Positions 21,477-31,145 of a stretch of DNA of 64,000 bases are shown piece after piece (the first letter of the stretch is position 1; every line of letters starts with the position of its first letter). Both the position numbers and the translations under genes were made by a program. The stretch is from an uncultured Poribacteria bacterium (lineage in GTDB: Bacteria; Poribacteria; WGA-4E; WGA-3G). The stretch is taken from the NCBI GenBank assembly GCA_958296135.2, contig CATQHZ020000001.1, forward strand, positions 2,112,001 to 2,176,000, written 5' to 3'. Under the pieces are notes generated by a model. That model was not told the DNA's origin. It was given only the letters and a program-made list of their open reading frames with translations, and searched no databases.

Positions 21477-21881
21477 CTAGTAAGGCCGAATCTCAATGGT
21501 TCCCGTTGAAAACGAGATGTTGATATCAAAACGTTCCAAAAAGTTCAAGCCTAACAACCTTCTCACTATTGACTCGCTAGGTAAATCATGACAGAGGACA
21601 TCAATATCCTCAACAGTTTCACCAATTGCTGTTAATTGACGCACAGTGATGACTTTCGAGAAGATGCGACCGCCACCGGTGGTAATCGGTCTAACCGCCT
21701 TTGGATTTGACAGGTCATATCCTAAGGCCGCAGCGACCTGGGGCGGAATAAGGGTAGTCGAAGCACCCGTGTCTAAACCTACAGCCAGATCTCGGAAGGT
21801 CCCCGCGCTGATGCCATCAACCCGAAGCCGGACGATAATTAACCGAGACAGAGAGATGCGGCTAAACGATATGCATGCCAT
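21477..21881 (-). CDS. Retropepsin-like (clan AA) aspartyl protease, copy 1
   Basis: LDTGAS and LLGLNFL motifs. Confidence 0.85.
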   Translation of the reverse strand: MACISFSRISLSRLIIVRLRVDGISAGTFRDLAVGLDTGASTTLIPPQVAAALGYDLSNPKAVRPITTGGGRIFSKVITVRQLTAIGETVEDIDVLCHDLPSESIVRRLLGLNFLERFDINISFSTGTIEIRPY

Positions 21882-22108
21882 TACAATATGTACTCCATCC
21901 CTTCCGGCATCCTGCCGGTATAATGTATCGCCGCGCCACCTTCATAGCGCATAGAGGCATCGTGAATATCATCGCAGGATTCACTATAGGTAGCGACTAT
22001 CCCCGATAGCAACTCTGTATTTTCGCTGTATTCACAATCAACGATAAACAGCCATTTATCGGGGAACTTCAGTTCCATCTCTTCTAGCGTCAGCCGTTCG
22101 TTCGTCAT
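21881..22108 (-). CDS. Small acidic partner protein, copy 1
   Basis: 75 aa; RBS; TAATG coupling to the protease; paralogue at 22897-23124. Confidence 0.75.
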   Translation of the reverse strand: MTNERLTLEEMELKFPDKWLFIVDCEYSENTELLSGIVATYSESCDDIHDASMRYEGGAAIHYTGRMPEGMEYIL

Positions 22109-22492
22109 CGTTACGTACTCCTTTGAAAAAGGGATAGCCGGGAGTCGCGACTACCGACAGAAGTTGATTATAGGATACCACATTGATGCCAGGATTGTCA
22201 ACCTTCTTTAAACGATTCGCAGAATGAGTTCGTTTGCAAATTTTCGTCCGATGCCGACCTGTCGGAGTTTCCTTTGAACGCAGGCGAGCTTGACCTACGC
22301 GGACGGTGCAGCGACTTTTCACGGTGAGAGGGTTCCTCAAAAACGGAAAACTAAATAGTCCTGACAATTCGCAGAACGAGTTCGTCCGCAGTTTTATGAT
22401 TTTCCCACTCGCATCAGTATGGCTCAAGAACTACCATTTCAGCTAGACGCGCGAGGTGCGAACACTGCTCCGCCCCCCCCTTCGGCACCGCC

Positions 22493-22897
22493 TCAGCGCG
22501 GTCTGGCCTCAATCGTGTTTGTTGAGAACAATATCTCAATGTCAAAACGTTCCAAAAAGTTCAAGCCTAACAGTCCTTTTATCATTGAACTTGCCGGCAA
22601 GTCCAGACATACAACATCAATATCCTCAACAGTTTCACCAATTGCTGTTAATTGACGCACAGTGATGACTTTCAGGGAAATAATCCCATTGCCGGTGAGG
22701 ATTGGCATCATTTTTTTTGGATTTGCTAGGTCGTACCCTAAATCCAAGGCGACTTTTGTCGGAATAGCGGTGAACGTAGCTCCCGTATCTAAACCCACAG
22801 GAAAAGAGCGGGACTCGTTTGCGGTGATGCCGCCGACGTTAACCTGAACCGTAATCAACTGTGATGGATGAAGGCGGTTAAAGGAGATACGCGCCAT
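22493..22897 (-). CDS. Retropepsin-like aspartyl protease, copy 2
   Basis: LDTGAT and GLLGLNFL motifs; paralogue of copy 1. Confidence 0.85.
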   Translation of the reverse strand: MARISFNRLHPSQLITVQVNVGGITANESRSFPVGLDTGATFTAIPTKVALDLGYDLANPKKMMPILTGNGIISLKVITVRQLTAIGETVEDIDVVCLDLPASSMIKGLLGLNFLERFDIEILFSTNTIEARPR

Positions 22898-23124
22898 TAT
22901 AACAGATACCCCATATCCTCGGGCATTTTACGCGTAGAATATATCGCAAGATGTCCGTTGTAGTGCTTCAAAGCATCTTCAATCTCCGCACTCGATTTGC
23001 TATGCGCTACAACTCGGCCCGCGAGAACTTCAATATTTTCGTCGAATTCACACTCGACGATGAGCAGCCATGCATCTGGGAATCGCGCCTCTATCTCTTC
23101 AATTGTCAGCCGTTCGTTCGTCAT
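22897..23124 (-). CDS. Small acidic partner protein, copy 2
   Basis: MTNERLT..E.E..FPD.WL.IV shared with copy 1; RBS aggagg. Confidence 0.75.
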   Translation of the reverse strand: MTNERLTIEEIEARFPDAWLLIVECEFDENIEVLAGRVVAHSKSSAEIEDALKHYNGHLAIYSTRKMPEDMGYLL

Positions 23125-23227
23125 CGTTATGTCCTCCTTTGAAAAAGGGATAGCCGGGAGTCGCGACTACCGACAGAAGTTGATTATAGGATACCACATT
23201 GATGCCAAGATTATCAACCTTTTTAAA

Positions 23228-24307
23228 TCAGAATTTCAGTCCCAAACTGACCCGGTGCGCTTGCTGCAGATGCCCAAAATCCGCGTATGCATAGTCCAGA
23301 GAAAGCAGCGTCGCGGCAACATTCAGATGTAGGCCCAACCCAAGCGTCAACCCCTCTTCGTCGTTGCTTCGCTCGGGGCCCAAGCGGAACTTGTAGCCGG
23401 CGCGAATAGCAGCCATCTTCCGATACCAATACTCCATGCCGAGGTTGATGCGCTCGCTATTGTCATTTGGATGGTTGCCATCAAGCGCGACGGTGAGAAA
23501 ATTGCTCCCGCTATCAACCAGATCATAGGCGACACCGAGCCGGAAGTTAGACGGCAACGGAAAATCCACGGTTTCTAACGCCGCCTTGCGCGACGGATTC
23601 GTCGTATCAGGGAACGGACGATAGTCGGCAGTTCTCAAGTCACCAGCCTCTTCGGCACCGGTCTCCAGGGATGGGCCGCTGAAACGCATCTCCGGGCCGA
23701 AGTTGGAGAAAGACATGCCGATGCGCAAACTTCGCCAGCCGGTATGATATAACGTCCCGACATCAATTGCAACGCCGCGCGCGCTTTCCCGATGAATCTG
23801 CTGATGGATGTATTTGGCGTTCACACCGAAAGAGAGCCTCACACCAGATTCTCGTTCATAGAGCTGCCGAGAATACGCCACCGATACCGCTGCATCCCAC
23901 GCAGAAAACCAGAGCCCGGTGCCATCCGGCTTCGCCAGCGTCGTGATTTCCATGTCGGGCACGTTGAGGAAAGTCACGCTTGCGCCGAGTGTCCCGATTT
24001 TTTCTATCGGTGTGGCGAACGCAAGATAGTTGTAGCGGATATCAGCGAGCCAGATTGTGTGCGTGTCCGAAAAGCTGGTCTTCGTGAGTTGGCTGAGCCC
24101 CGCTGGGTTCCAGTAAATCGTAGTCACGTCATTGGCGAGCGCGCCGAATGCGCCGCCTAAACTGTCCACCCGCGCGCCGGGGCCAATCTTCAAAAACTGC
24201 GCACCGGCAGTACCGACGTTGGTTACGGCATGTGCGCGCCTACAAAGCGCGCCTACCGGTAGTGTTAACAAGAGAGTAAATAGGAGAACATAAGTTGTGT
24301 TGCGCAT
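23228..24307 (-). CDS. PorV/PorQ (UPF0164) family outer-membrane beta-barrel
   Basis: GAQFLKIGPGAR, YWNPAGL, LP..FRLG, DYAY..FG.L...HR.SL..F. Confidence 0.85.
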   Translation of the reverse strand: MRNTTYVLLFTLLLTLPVGALCRRAHAVTNVGTAGAQFLKIGPGARVDSLGGAFGALANDVTTIYWNPAGLSQLTKTSFSDTHTIWLADIRYNYLAFATPIEKIGTLGASVTFLNVPDMEITTLAKPDGTGLWFSAWDAAVSVAYSRQLYERESGVRLSFGVNAKYIHQQIHRESARGVAIDVGTLYHTGWRSLRIGMSFSNFGPEMRFSGPSLETGAEEAGDLRTADYRPFPDTTNPSRKAALETVDFPLPSNFRLGVAYDLVDSGSNFLTVALDGNHPNDNSERINLGMEYWYRKMAAIRAGYKFRLGPERSNDEEGLTLGLGLHLNVAATLLSLDYAYADFGHLQQAHRVSLGLKF

Positions 24308-24519
24308 GTGCATCTCCACATTTATGAAACAAGTGTGTCTAGGCCCTTCGCACGCCAGCGTTGCATCCAACAAGTTCGTTGGGTGGTAGAAGCGAGCGCG
24401 AGTCTTGCAACCACGGTGAAAGTGATGCAAGCTTGCAACAACGGCGCAAGCAGCGCTGGTAAGAGGATGCAATTGCAAAATGCATGCTTATTACATCCGT
24501 TAGGGCCATACAGAAAAAC

Positions 24520-27500
24520 CTATCGAATGATCGCGAACCTGCCGATTTTGTTGCCGATAACGGTGTTGCTTTCATCGCGTGCCTCAACGTGATAGATATA
24601 GATGCCGCTCGCGAGAGCCTGATTGTGAAGGTTCAGCAGCGAAAACTCCGCCGTGCCGCCCCTGTCGCCTTGTGCCAACCGGTCTTCCGGACTGAACAGC
24701 CCTGTGCTTTCGTGCTCAATCGAGCGGACTAACTCACCCGCCAACGTATAGATGCGAATGGTGCAGCGCGGCGGCAGGTGCGTGAAGAAGATTTTATCCG
24801 TGCCTTCCGCCGTGACTGCCCGGTTTGTAACAAAATAAGGATTCGGCACGACGCGGATTTTCCCTAAATCTGCCTCAATGTCTCGCGCGATGAGCGTCTC
24901 GCCTCGCGTCGTAATGAGAAACTCATCGCCATCTTGCGGCGCGCTGACACCCCCCATTTCAACGTGGAAGACATCGCCCGCAGAGATTTCCTGACTCGGG
25001 TCCTTGATGAAGACATACCCGCCACGGATGAAAATCCGAAAATAGGCCGGCGTATCTTCACGGCTATATTCATCACGCCAGCCAGAGCCTGTCAGAATCG
25101 CATAACCGTCGGCACGCTGATCGTTGAATTGGATGTCCTCGCCGGTATCTTCGTCTACCACTTTGACGTGCATGTCGTCAATAAACGTGATCGAATAGGT
25201 ATGCGGCCGGTAATAAGTCGCCCAGTAAATGTTCGGCCAGGTATTCTCACCGACACCGGGCGATTGAATATCGACAGACCAGCCTGTCACAGCACCTTCG
25301 ACAAGTTTCACATCGTGAATCGGGTTTTCGGTGGGACTGCCGTAGGACACGTCAACTCCTTTTATCTTCAAAACGATTCCATCAAACATCGGTGAGAGCA
25401 CCTCAACGGCTGCGCCGTCGTCTGGCTCATACCAGGCAAACGTTTGATTCTCCACCACCTTCTGATTCGTCGTCGTATTAACGATGTCGTAAGTCGGCGG
25501 CTGATAGCCGGGGCCTGTGATATACGCGCCAGGGCCAGTCTGCTTCGCCCCGCGCCAGACGATTTTGTACTGATGCCCAGTAACCTCTTTCGACGCGAGC
25601 ACCATTGGCTCTACGCTGACAGTGCCAATTCCGTGATGTTCCAATTCAACAGATGCTTCGCGATACCCTGCAGGTTGCGCGCGCGGCACGACAGAGACCA
25701 TCGTCTCGATCTGGCTGCTCTCCATCGCTACCAGTCCGGTTGTCGGGTTACCGGTGTCAAAGGAGGTGACAGCGTAGGTGTATCGGAGCCCATTCGTCAG
25801 CCCTTCGTCCGTATAGAAATTCTTGATACCCGCGTCCTCCCCGAGTGCCATTGAAGGCGTTGAAACGACGCGGAAAATATCGCCGGCGACCGGCGGCCCT
25901 GAGGGGCCATCCGTAATTGTCACATATAACCCGCCGAAGTATATCGGTTCGCCGGAACGATAAGTGCCATCGGGATATGCCTCACCGGTATCAAAATCCT
26001 TGATGACAGCGTATCCGCCGCCATCATTCGGAAATTCGGCGTTATATGCCATCACTTCCCACAGCGTTGTGTTAATCACCTCAAAGGCCGTGCTAGAATT
26101 GAATTTGATGACGTAAATCGCGCTTTTGAAGAAATCAGCGAAGTAAGGTTCGTCACCCATGCTCGCGATGGTAGAGTCTGACAATTTCCCGACATGCGCC
26201 ACGGTGAAGAAATTGCCGGTCGCGCTCGGTTTGTCAAACTCCGCCAGCATTTTCCAATCTGCCACGGGTTCGCCAGTGGATTCGGCGTAGGAGGTATCCC
26301 GTCTATAAATGCGATACCCCTCAAAAATTTTCTCCGAATCCGTGACATCAACATATTCCTCAATGCTTTTGCTGACTCCGTTATCAACCCAAAGCCCCTC
26401 ACTCTCCCAGACAAGGGTAACCTGTCTATCGGCAGGATACGCGGTGACTCGCGGCGACGGCGGCGGTGCCGGTGCGACGTAATCATCGTCATACAACCGC
26501 TGCGCCCAATCCGAAGATGCTTGCAATCCCGCGAGTCCTTCGCCGATGGCTACCGTGATGACAACCGTGAACGACTGCCCTGGTGCAAGTGATTCCACCG
26601 GACCGTAAGACTGAATGAACCGCTGGTCATCGTAATTTGCAGGCAGTGCATCGACGCCGGGGGTGCTAATCAAAGCATACATCTCCGCATCTGTCGTCGG
26701 ATCTGTGGAAATAGTAATCCGTTTGTGCGCCGCAAAAGGGATTTTCGCCCCAGTATCCTGCATATAGGCATCTAGCACGCGCAAACCGATGTAACCAGGC
26801 GCAGAGGCGTTGGAGAATCCGTAGGAGAGGTAGCGGTTCGGGTGCGCTTCGGGACTCAGTGAATCGGGAGTCTGGTCCAGCGCGACGAAGTCATCGGCGG
26901 AGTAACTCGCAGTGCCGGTTTCGTTGCTAGAGATATCCACATCATACCGGAACGCCATGAACAGAGATTCCAGCGTGTCGTTCCCAACATTCGTAACCTT
27001 ATATTCTAAAATAAAGAAATCGTAGAGCGGCGCGTAACTCCACTGGAAACCGCGAACCTCAATATCCAACCCAAGCACTAATCCCTTATTTGCCTCTGGG
27101 TTCATATCGGTGCATTTGAACATAACCGCTTGGCTCGTCGGTGTCCCTTTCGTGGTGGTGCCGGGTTTATCCGAGATGACTTCAGGCACATCGTCTGTCG
27201 GCCAGAGCTCGGATTGCCCGCTATCTGATACCGAGACACCTACCTCGCCGCCCTTCTTCGCACCGAGCCAGATATCTCCTTCATAGAGATAGGAATCGTT
27301 TGTGCCAGCGGGCCACCATCCTGATGGATTCGAGGTAGGGCTGCTCGGAAACCCGATGACCGCGGTGTTGTAAACAGCGGAAGACAAGTTGCCAACATCA
27401 AGGGCCTTCCAATCCACGGCGGCGACTGCCGATAAACTGATAAAAACGAAGAACGCGGAGCTCAGTGCGCGCTTGCAACGCGCGCCTACCGAAAAAAAGA

Positions 27501-27543
27501 CACTTCGGCGGTTTCCGCGATGTGCCTGATATAAAAATTTCAT
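24520..27543 (-). CDS. Large secreted protein with FN3-like and C-terminal T9SS/FlgD-Ig-type sorting domain
   Basis: APPPSP.V......VTL.W, FEGYRIYR, Y.YAVTSFD, VVPNPY...IRIYTLAGELV...ASGIYIY. Confidence 0.75.
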   Translation of the reverse strand: MKFLYQAHRGNRRSVFFSVGARCKRALSSAFFVFISLSAVAAVDWKALDVGNLSSAVYNTAVIGFPSSPTSNPSGWWPAGTNDSYLYEGDIWLGAKKGGEVGVSVSDSGQSELWPTDDVPEVISDKPGTTTKGTPTSQAVMFKCTDMNPEANKGLVLGLDIEVRGFQWSYAPLYDFFILEYKVTNVGNDTLESLFMAFRYDVDISSNETGTASYSADDFVALDQTPDSLSPEAHPNRYLSYGFSNASAPGYIGLRVLDAYMQDTGAKIPFAAHKRITISTDPTTDAEMYALISTPGVDALPANYDDQRFIQSYGPVESLAPGQSFTVVITVAIGEGLAGLQASSDWAQRLYDDDYVAPAPPPSPRVTAYPADRQVTLVWESEGLWVDNGVSKSIEEYVDVTDSEKIFEGYRIYRRDTSYAESTGEPVADWKMLAEFDKPSATGNFFTVAHVGKLSDSTIASMGDEPYFADFFKSAIYVIKFNSSTAFEVINTTLWEVMAYNAEFPNDGGGYAVIKDFDTGEAYPDGTYRSGEPIYFGGLYVTITDGPSGPPVAGDIFRVVSTPSMALGEDAGIKNFYTDEGLTNGLRYTYAVTSFDTGNPTTGLVAMESSQIETMVSVVPRAQPAGYREASVELEHHGIGTVSVEPMVLASKEVTGHQYKIVWRGAKQTGPGAYITGPGYQPPTYDIVNTTTNQKVVENQTFAWYEPDDGAAVEVLSPMFDGIVLKIKGVDVSYGSPTENPIHDVKLVEGAVTGWSVDIQSPGVGENTWPNIYWATYYRPHTYSITFIDDMHVKVVDEDTGEDIQFNDQRADGYAILTGSGWRDEYSREDTPAYFRIFIRGGYVFIKDPSQEISAGDVFHVEMGGVSAPQDGDEFLITTRGETLIARDIEADLGKIRVVPNPYFVTNRAVTAEGTDKIFFTHLPPRCTIRIYTLAGELVRSIEHESTGLFSPEDRLAQGDRGGTAEFSLLNLHNQALASGIYIYHVEARDESNTVIGNKIGRFAIIR

Positions 27544-27554
27544 GTATCCTCCTT

Positions 27555-29339
27555 TCACCGAGTCTCCGTGAGCTCGAAAATCCGGTATCGCTGCGTCTTG
27601 CCCTGCCCGAGCTCCACCTCGCCTTCAAGAAACAGCGGGTAATCATGCGCTGTGTGCGCTGTCTCCTTGACAGAAAAGAGATACGGAATCGCGCCTGCTT
27701 CCCGTGCTTTCTTTGCATCGCTGACGAAATCGCGCGGTGCTTCCCTATGCTTGTTGAAAATCTGATAAGTCGACCGGTCGGCGTAATACATCAAATCGAA
27801 GTGCGCGCCGACGCGCTCATCGTCCAGAAAAAAGCAGGCGTTTTCCGGCATCTCACGCTGGAGCCGAGGGCCGGTTGTCTCATACAACGGAACCTTGCTA
27901 TTTCGTGCCGTGACGCTGTAGGCGGAATTGACATAGCCCCACGCATAAAACACCGAAATCATCAGAGCCATCGCGCGAAGGCCGCGCCACACCCACTCTT
28001 GCGATTTCCTCGCGCGAAGCAGTAAATAGCTGCCAGCGAGCATCGCGAGCAGCACACCAAAACTGATGAGTTGCACGATAATCCAGAAGTTTGTCTGAAC
28101 GAACGGCGCGAACGCGTTGAGCTCATCAAATTGATCTCGACTCCCTACCAAGGAACGCCCACCTGGGATGACAGTAATCGCGAGCATCGCCGCACCCCAG
28201 ATAGCGGTGTAAAGCCAGTCTTTCTTTTTCCACGCCCAACTAATGACGGCCGCGAGGCATATAAGCAGCGGCGGCACGGCAATCATCGTCGCCGATGGCG
28301 TTTTTGTCTGTGCCAGCGTGTGCGGCACAATCACACCGATGCCCCACGCGAGCACGAAAAGTTCGGGGAGCCGTCGGTTTTTAAAAAGCACGATTATCAG
28401 ACACAGCACCGCTGCGAGGAGTGCCGCATAAAACAGCGGATAAAACAGAATCATGTAGTCAAACAGCGGTCTGTCCCATGTCGCGCCCCAACTTTCGACA
28501 TCGGTGTTGAGATGGTCCAACACCCGTTTGTGCTCCCACAAAAATTCGTTTGGATAACGGATGAGACAGTAGATAACCCACGGTGCCACCGTCGCGATTC
28601 CCGACAGGAGCAGGATGCCAATGTCTCCAATCCGAATCCGACGTGCTGTTTCCGTAGGCGCGTTTTGTAAGCGCGCACGTTGGGCGAACCACACCACAAA
28701 CGCAATCCCGAACGTGATCAGCGCGAGATAACTTTTTGATAGATAGGCGATGCCCATCGCTACGCCCGATAAGCTGTAAGTCCATCGTTTCCCTGTCCGA
28801 ATAGCGCAGAGCAGCAGCCAGCACGAAACCTGCACCCAGAGGAGCAGCGCGATGTCAATGTGATCTGAATAGCGGTACCCGTGAACCGATTCAAACAGAA
28901 ACGGGTTGAAGGCGTGCAGAAATGCGGCGATTAACCCGGCGCGTTTGTCAAACAGTTCTGAAGCAATGCGAAACGTCAGCCACACCGTAATGACGAGGCT
29001 TATTGCAGAGGGCAGCCGTAGCGCGAACGTGTTGATACCGAAAATAAAGTGCGACAGACAGATCGTCCACATCGCGACAGGCGGTTTATGCAGCCAGATG
29101 TGGTTATCGCCCCAACTTTTGTAGTTGTAGGGTAACCAAGGTTCATCGTAAAGCGTAAATTTAAGCGGATGTTTCGTCAAATTCCGAGCGACAACAGCGT
29201 GGAATCCTTCGTCCCAATAGGTTATCCCGCTATGGCCAAGGTGTCGTAGCACCAATGCCCCTGAGGTTATCAGGATGCCGATTAGGATAAGGTTGGGTAT
29301 GGTGGCTGCGCTTCGCAAGCGCGCGATGTCAAGATTCAT
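27555..29339 (-). CDS. ArnT/PMT family (GT-C, GT39/83) glycosyltransferase
   Basis: WDE, HKPP and ALRLPS motifs; many TMs. Confidence 0.85.
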   Translation of the reverse strand: MNLDIARLRSAATIPNLILIGILITSGALVLRHLGHSGITYWDEGFHAVVARNLTKHPLKFTLYDEPWLPYNYKSWGDNHIWLHKPPVAMWTICLSHFIFGINTFALRLPSAISLVITVWLTFRIASELFDKRAGLIAAFLHAFNPFLFESVHGYRYSDHIDIALLLWVQVSCWLLLCAIRTGKRWTYSLSGVAMGIAYLSKSYLALITFGIAFVVWFAQRARLQNAPTETARRIRIGDIGILLLSGIATVAPWVIYCLIRYPNEFLWEHKRVLDHLNTDVESWGATWDRPLFDYMILFYPLFYAALLAAVLCLIIVLFKNRRLPELFVLAWGIGVIVPHTLAQTKTPSATMIAVPPLLICLAAVISWAWKKKDWLYTAIWGAAMLAITVIPGGRSLVGSRDQFDELNAFAPFVQTNFWIIVQLISFGVLLAMLAGSYLLLRARKSQEWVWRGLRAMALMISVFYAWGYVNSAYSVTARNSKVPLYETTGPRLQREMPENACFFLDDERVGAHFDLMYYADRSTYQIFNKHREAPRDFVSDAKKAREAGAIPYLFSVKETAHTAHDYPLFLEGEVELGQGKTQRYRIFELTETR

Positions 29340-29362
29340 TATGTGCCGCCCGGCGGTGTGAG

Positions 29363-29530
29363 CTACGCCTTCTGCCGAGCCGCTTGCAGTTTGGCGAATT
29401 CCTCGTCATAGTTATCGTAAACACTCATCTCGGGGCTTTCCCAGTCTTCAACAAAGGAGGCAAAGCGGGCCCGCATCTCTGCCGCCTCTGCTCCGCTAAT
29501 GCCGCAATCCTGCAAATCCGCAGGATGTGC
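29363..29530 (-). pseudogene. 3' fragment of a small antitoxin-like protein
   Basis: Reads DLQDCGISGAEAAEMRARFASFVEDWESPEMSVYDNYDEE...* with no clear 5' half. Confidence 0.4.
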
Positions 29531-29840
29531 CGACCCCGCGCCGTTGATGCTCCGGGAGGATGTAAATGGATTGAAGTTCGCTCTCCAGCCCCATCCGTTC
29601 CGTCAAATGCCCGGCGATGTAACCGATCATTTTTGTTCCGGCGAATGCGGCGTAAATGACTCGCTGCTCCTTCGCCTTCTGTGGATGATGCTCCTTGCGG
29701 ATGTATGCTTTCCACCTGCGTATTGCTGCATCGCGCGCCATATAGAACGGTTTGTTGAAGGCCACCTCGTAACTCTGGAGCGTTATATCGGTGATGGTTT
29801 CGGCATCGTCGATGCCGACTTCCATGAGGGTGTAATCCAT
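29496..29840 (-). pseudogene. Truncated GNAT acetyltransferase
   Basis: LQSIYILPEHQRRGVGT motif A, then the frame ends after a few residues and the C-terminal half is missing. Confidence 0.6.
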
Positions 29841-29869
29841 GGGGAATGCCTCGGGGAATGCCTCCTCCA

Positions 29870-30694
29870 CTACACGTCAGAATCTTTGATCTTGTTGTAG
29901 ATGTCGGTGCCCTTGGTGCCTAATTTATCGCGGACTTCGTCCCAATCCTCGCGGTCTTCCTTGCCTTTCTCAAGAACAGGGAATATAACCGATACGGACT
30001 TGCGGGCTTCCCTGACGTGGTAGTCGCATGGGGGTTTTGGGAACAATCTGACAATATCGTCCCTGCGTTCCAACCTATTCTCACCCTTAAAAGATAGTTG
30101 AACATAGCAGCGGTGCTTGCGAAGTTGGAGAGTTAATCGCACGCGTTTGCCTTTGACTGTCTTTCCAATTGCTCCAGCCATGTTAATAGGTACCTGTTTT
30201 CCGGCAAACAGTCCCTGCTTGCGGATTGGTGCCCAGAATTCACTGTATTCAGTACTGGTTTCCCTCTCAACGCGCACATCTAACGTAGGTCTAACGATGT
30301 GTTGAAAGAAACATTCCTTGTGCGAATTCGCTTGCGCTTGAATGAGATACCAGTCGATCTCACTTTCTTCGTTGCGCAGCCTGCACGTTTCGATCATGAG
30401 CCCCTCAAAGTCCTCAGCCACTAGGACAGCCACCGCGGCCTCCTTCAATCGGGCGTAGGCTTCAAGTCTTCCCCAGTGATCCCAATTCGCTTTGCCGAAC
30501 TGGTTTTCAACAACGAGGATGCCGTCTTCGCCGACGGCTACAATGTCTGCCTCGCGCCTTCCGACGTTGGCTTCCCTCTCTACATTTTCAAATGTGCCCA
30601 CGTTGAGCACGTCAAGATTGTCCGCAAGATCGTCTGAGAACTCCTCTTCTGAAGGATAGACATTCAACAGCGGCATCAGTTGTTGCAAGTTCAT
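29870..30694 (-). CDS. PD-(D/E)XK nuclease-like protein, DUF4268-type
   Basis: E..VG...ADI......VVENQ...DH.G.L..Y N-terminal domain; Y.EFW C-terminal domain. Confidence 0.6.
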   Translation of the reverse strand: MNLQQLMPLLNVYPSEEEFSDDLADNLDVLNVGTFENVEREANVGRREADIVAVGEDGILVVENQFGKANWDHWGRLEAYARLKEAAVAVLVAEDFEGLMIETCRLRNEESEIDWYLIQAQANSHKECFFQHIVRPTLDVRVERETSTEYSEFWAPIRKQGLFAGKQVPINMAGAIGKTVKGKRVRLTLQLRKHRCYVQLSFKGENRLERRDDIVRLFPKPPCDYHVREARKSVSVIFPVLEKGKEDREDWDEVRDKLGTKGTDIYNKIKDSDV

Positions 30695-30771
30695 TTGGCT
30701 AGACTCCTTATAATGTCAGCGGGCGGATATAGAAATCCGCCCTGACAATCAGCGCGAACCGCCACGGTGGA

Positions 30772-31059
30772 TTAGGTGGAGGTTCCGCGCGCTTGGATTT
30801 CGGTTTGGAATACCTGTGGGTTTCCTGAAACCACCCGTGGTTCAATTTCCACGCGGACAGCATCAAACTCTGCTTTCCTAACGTTCGCGAGTGCAGTGCC
30901 GATGGCCTCTTCCAACGACAGAGCCTCACGATGAAAACTAATTTGCGGTACCCCTGCGATAGTCGCAATCGTCCCATCTTGAAAGATGCTGTAGAGCAGG
31001 TCAGCCTCTGCCTCGTTGGGCTCTTCGGTTAAAATGAGTGTGAATTCGTGCACTTTCAC
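30772..31059 (-). CDS. Small hypothetical protein, possibly antitoxin-like
   Basis: GTG with RBS; EFTL...F.REA.SLEEAI..A motif. Confidence 0.5.
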   Translation of the reverse strand: MKVHEFTLILTEEPNEAEADLLYSIFQDGTIATIAGVPQISFHREALSLEEAIGTALANVRKAEFDAVRVEIEPRVVSGNPQVFQTEIQARGTST

Positions 31060-31145
31060 GGTAAGTTCCTCTCTTATGCTTCGTCTGATTTTGTGGGGCT
31101 TCACGCATCCTAATTCCCCTCACTCGTGTCCCGAAACCTGTCAAA

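Noticed and set aside
22056-22427. 123-aa ORF between the protease cassettes
   Set aside because: Runs over the duplicated promoter and a short DNA repeat; no protein-like motif
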